Assembly: GCF_006345805.1 (NCBI RefSeq) | Contig: NC_043000.1 | Coordinates: 94,736,001-94,800,000, forward strand | Direction: 5' to 3' | DNA: 64,000 nucleotides | From: Octopus sinensis | Taxonomy: Eukaryota | Shown here: piece by piece, positions 62,773 through 64,000 of the stretch | Numbering within the stretch: the first letter of the stretch is position 1 | Layout: each line of letters begins with the position of its first letter | The notes under the pieces: model-generated | What the model was told of the DNA's origin: nothing | Seen by the model: the letters and a program-made list of their open reading frames with translations, nothing else | Databases searched by the model: none | Translations under genes and position numbers: made by a program

Positions 62773-63030
62773 TATATATATATATGTGTGTGTGTGAGTG
62801 TGTGTGTGAGTGTGTGTATGTATATATAACATTTGCACACACACAGACACACACACAATCACACACATATATATATATATATATTTAAACATAATACATA
62901 GGGTAATAATAAATTATTATTACCAGTGGCCTAGCACAAAAACGAATTAGTCATTAGATTATATATTATTCATATAGAAATACAATAAGAGGCTTCCAAA
63001 TAGGATGCTACCAAATAAGAAAGCGTTGTT

Positions 63031-63115
63031 CTAGGAAGAGCAGTATAAATCTCAAAAATCACAAAAAGGGATAATTTCGAGAATTTCGAGAATTATCCTC
63101 TACTGCTCTTTCTAG
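63031..63115. repeat. short nested inverted repeat (hairpin)
   Basis: CTAGGAAGAGCAGTA / TACTGCTCTTTCTAG (14/15) enclosing GGATAATT...AATTATCC. Confidence 0.7.
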
Positions 63116-63118
63116 CAC

Positions 63119-63166
<48 letters not shown>

Positions 63167-63184
63167 TATATATATATGTATTTA

Positions 63185-63310
63185 CAGGTGCAGGGGTGAT
63201 CGTGTAGTAAGAAGCTTACAACCACATGGCAAGTGTCTTCTACTACACCCAGGGTCAAACCAAAGGCTTGTGAGTAGATTTGGTAGACGGAAACTGAAAG
63301 AAGCGCGCCA
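63185..63310 (+). mobile_element. SINE family A head, continuing into (TA)n
   Basis: CAACCACATGG...CAAGTGTCTTCTACTA...CTTGTGAGTAGATTTGGTAGACGGAAACTGAAAGAAGC matches 790-910. Confidence 0.75.
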
Positions 63311-63333
63311 TATACATACATACACACACATAT

Positions 63334-63412
<79 letters not shown>

Positions 63413-63489
63413 TGCATATATATTATATACAAAATACAAAATTTATATGTATATATGTATATATATATATATATAGATATATTTGTATA

Positions 63490-63525
<36 letters not shown>

Positions 63526-64000
63526 TATGCTATACACAAATGTATCTATACGTATGCATTTACTACCTAATTTGATTTAATCACATATCTAGAACTTTCT
63601 TAATGACAGTTAATATGTGATAGCATGTGAGTATGTATATATGAGTGCATACACATTTGTATTGTATATATGAGTTTGTGTTAGCTGTAGTTATATGTAG
63701 TGTTATATGTAGAGTTAGCTGTATGTTATATGTAGTTAAAGTGGTAGTTACTTCAATGATAATTAATGCCCAGATTGTAAAATGCGTGTTCGCGTCCCTA
63801 TGTGTTTGTATGTTTTTTTAATTATATCTCATATTTGTTTCTTTCTTTATCATTGGCTTGTCAACTGCATCGAATTAAATTTCTGCTCATTTTCTCTCGA
63901 TTTAATTTAATGTAATTTATTAAAAACACCGTTGATATAATTAAATATACACTGGAAGGCACAAGCATACGTGCATAAACAGGTAAGGACTCACACGCGC

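Overview
An AT-rich, intergenic or intronic stretch of an animal genome. The SINE, LINE and microsatellite make-up suggests a coleoid cephalopod, probably an octopus (inference). No host protein-coding gene, rRNA, tRNA gene or CRISPR array could be supported, and most ORFs in the track are microsatellite read-throughs or transposon fragments. Content: (i) a near-full-length ~6 kb Tx1/L1-clade LINE with (GATA)n arrays at both ends; (ii) a same-orientation stack of R4/Dong-like REL-endonuclease LINE 3' ends separated by (TAA)n, two of them near-identical twins; (iii) CR1-like and RTE LINE fragments; (iv) mariner, DD37D (maT-type) and Tigger/pogo relics, including a CR1 inserted into a DD37D catalytic core and two inverted mariner pairs; (v) at least three tRNA-derived SINE families, one forming head-to-tail arrays; (vi) two minimal hammerhead-ribozyme motifs of the Penelope-like-element type; (vii) a MITE and a fold-back element; (viii) abundant (TA)n, (TG)n, (GATA)n, (TAA)n and (CT)n repeats. 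The most interesting theme is retroelements apparently using particular microsatellites as landing sites or tails. Element boundaries were read by eye and are approximate unless a TIR, tail or junction is quoted.
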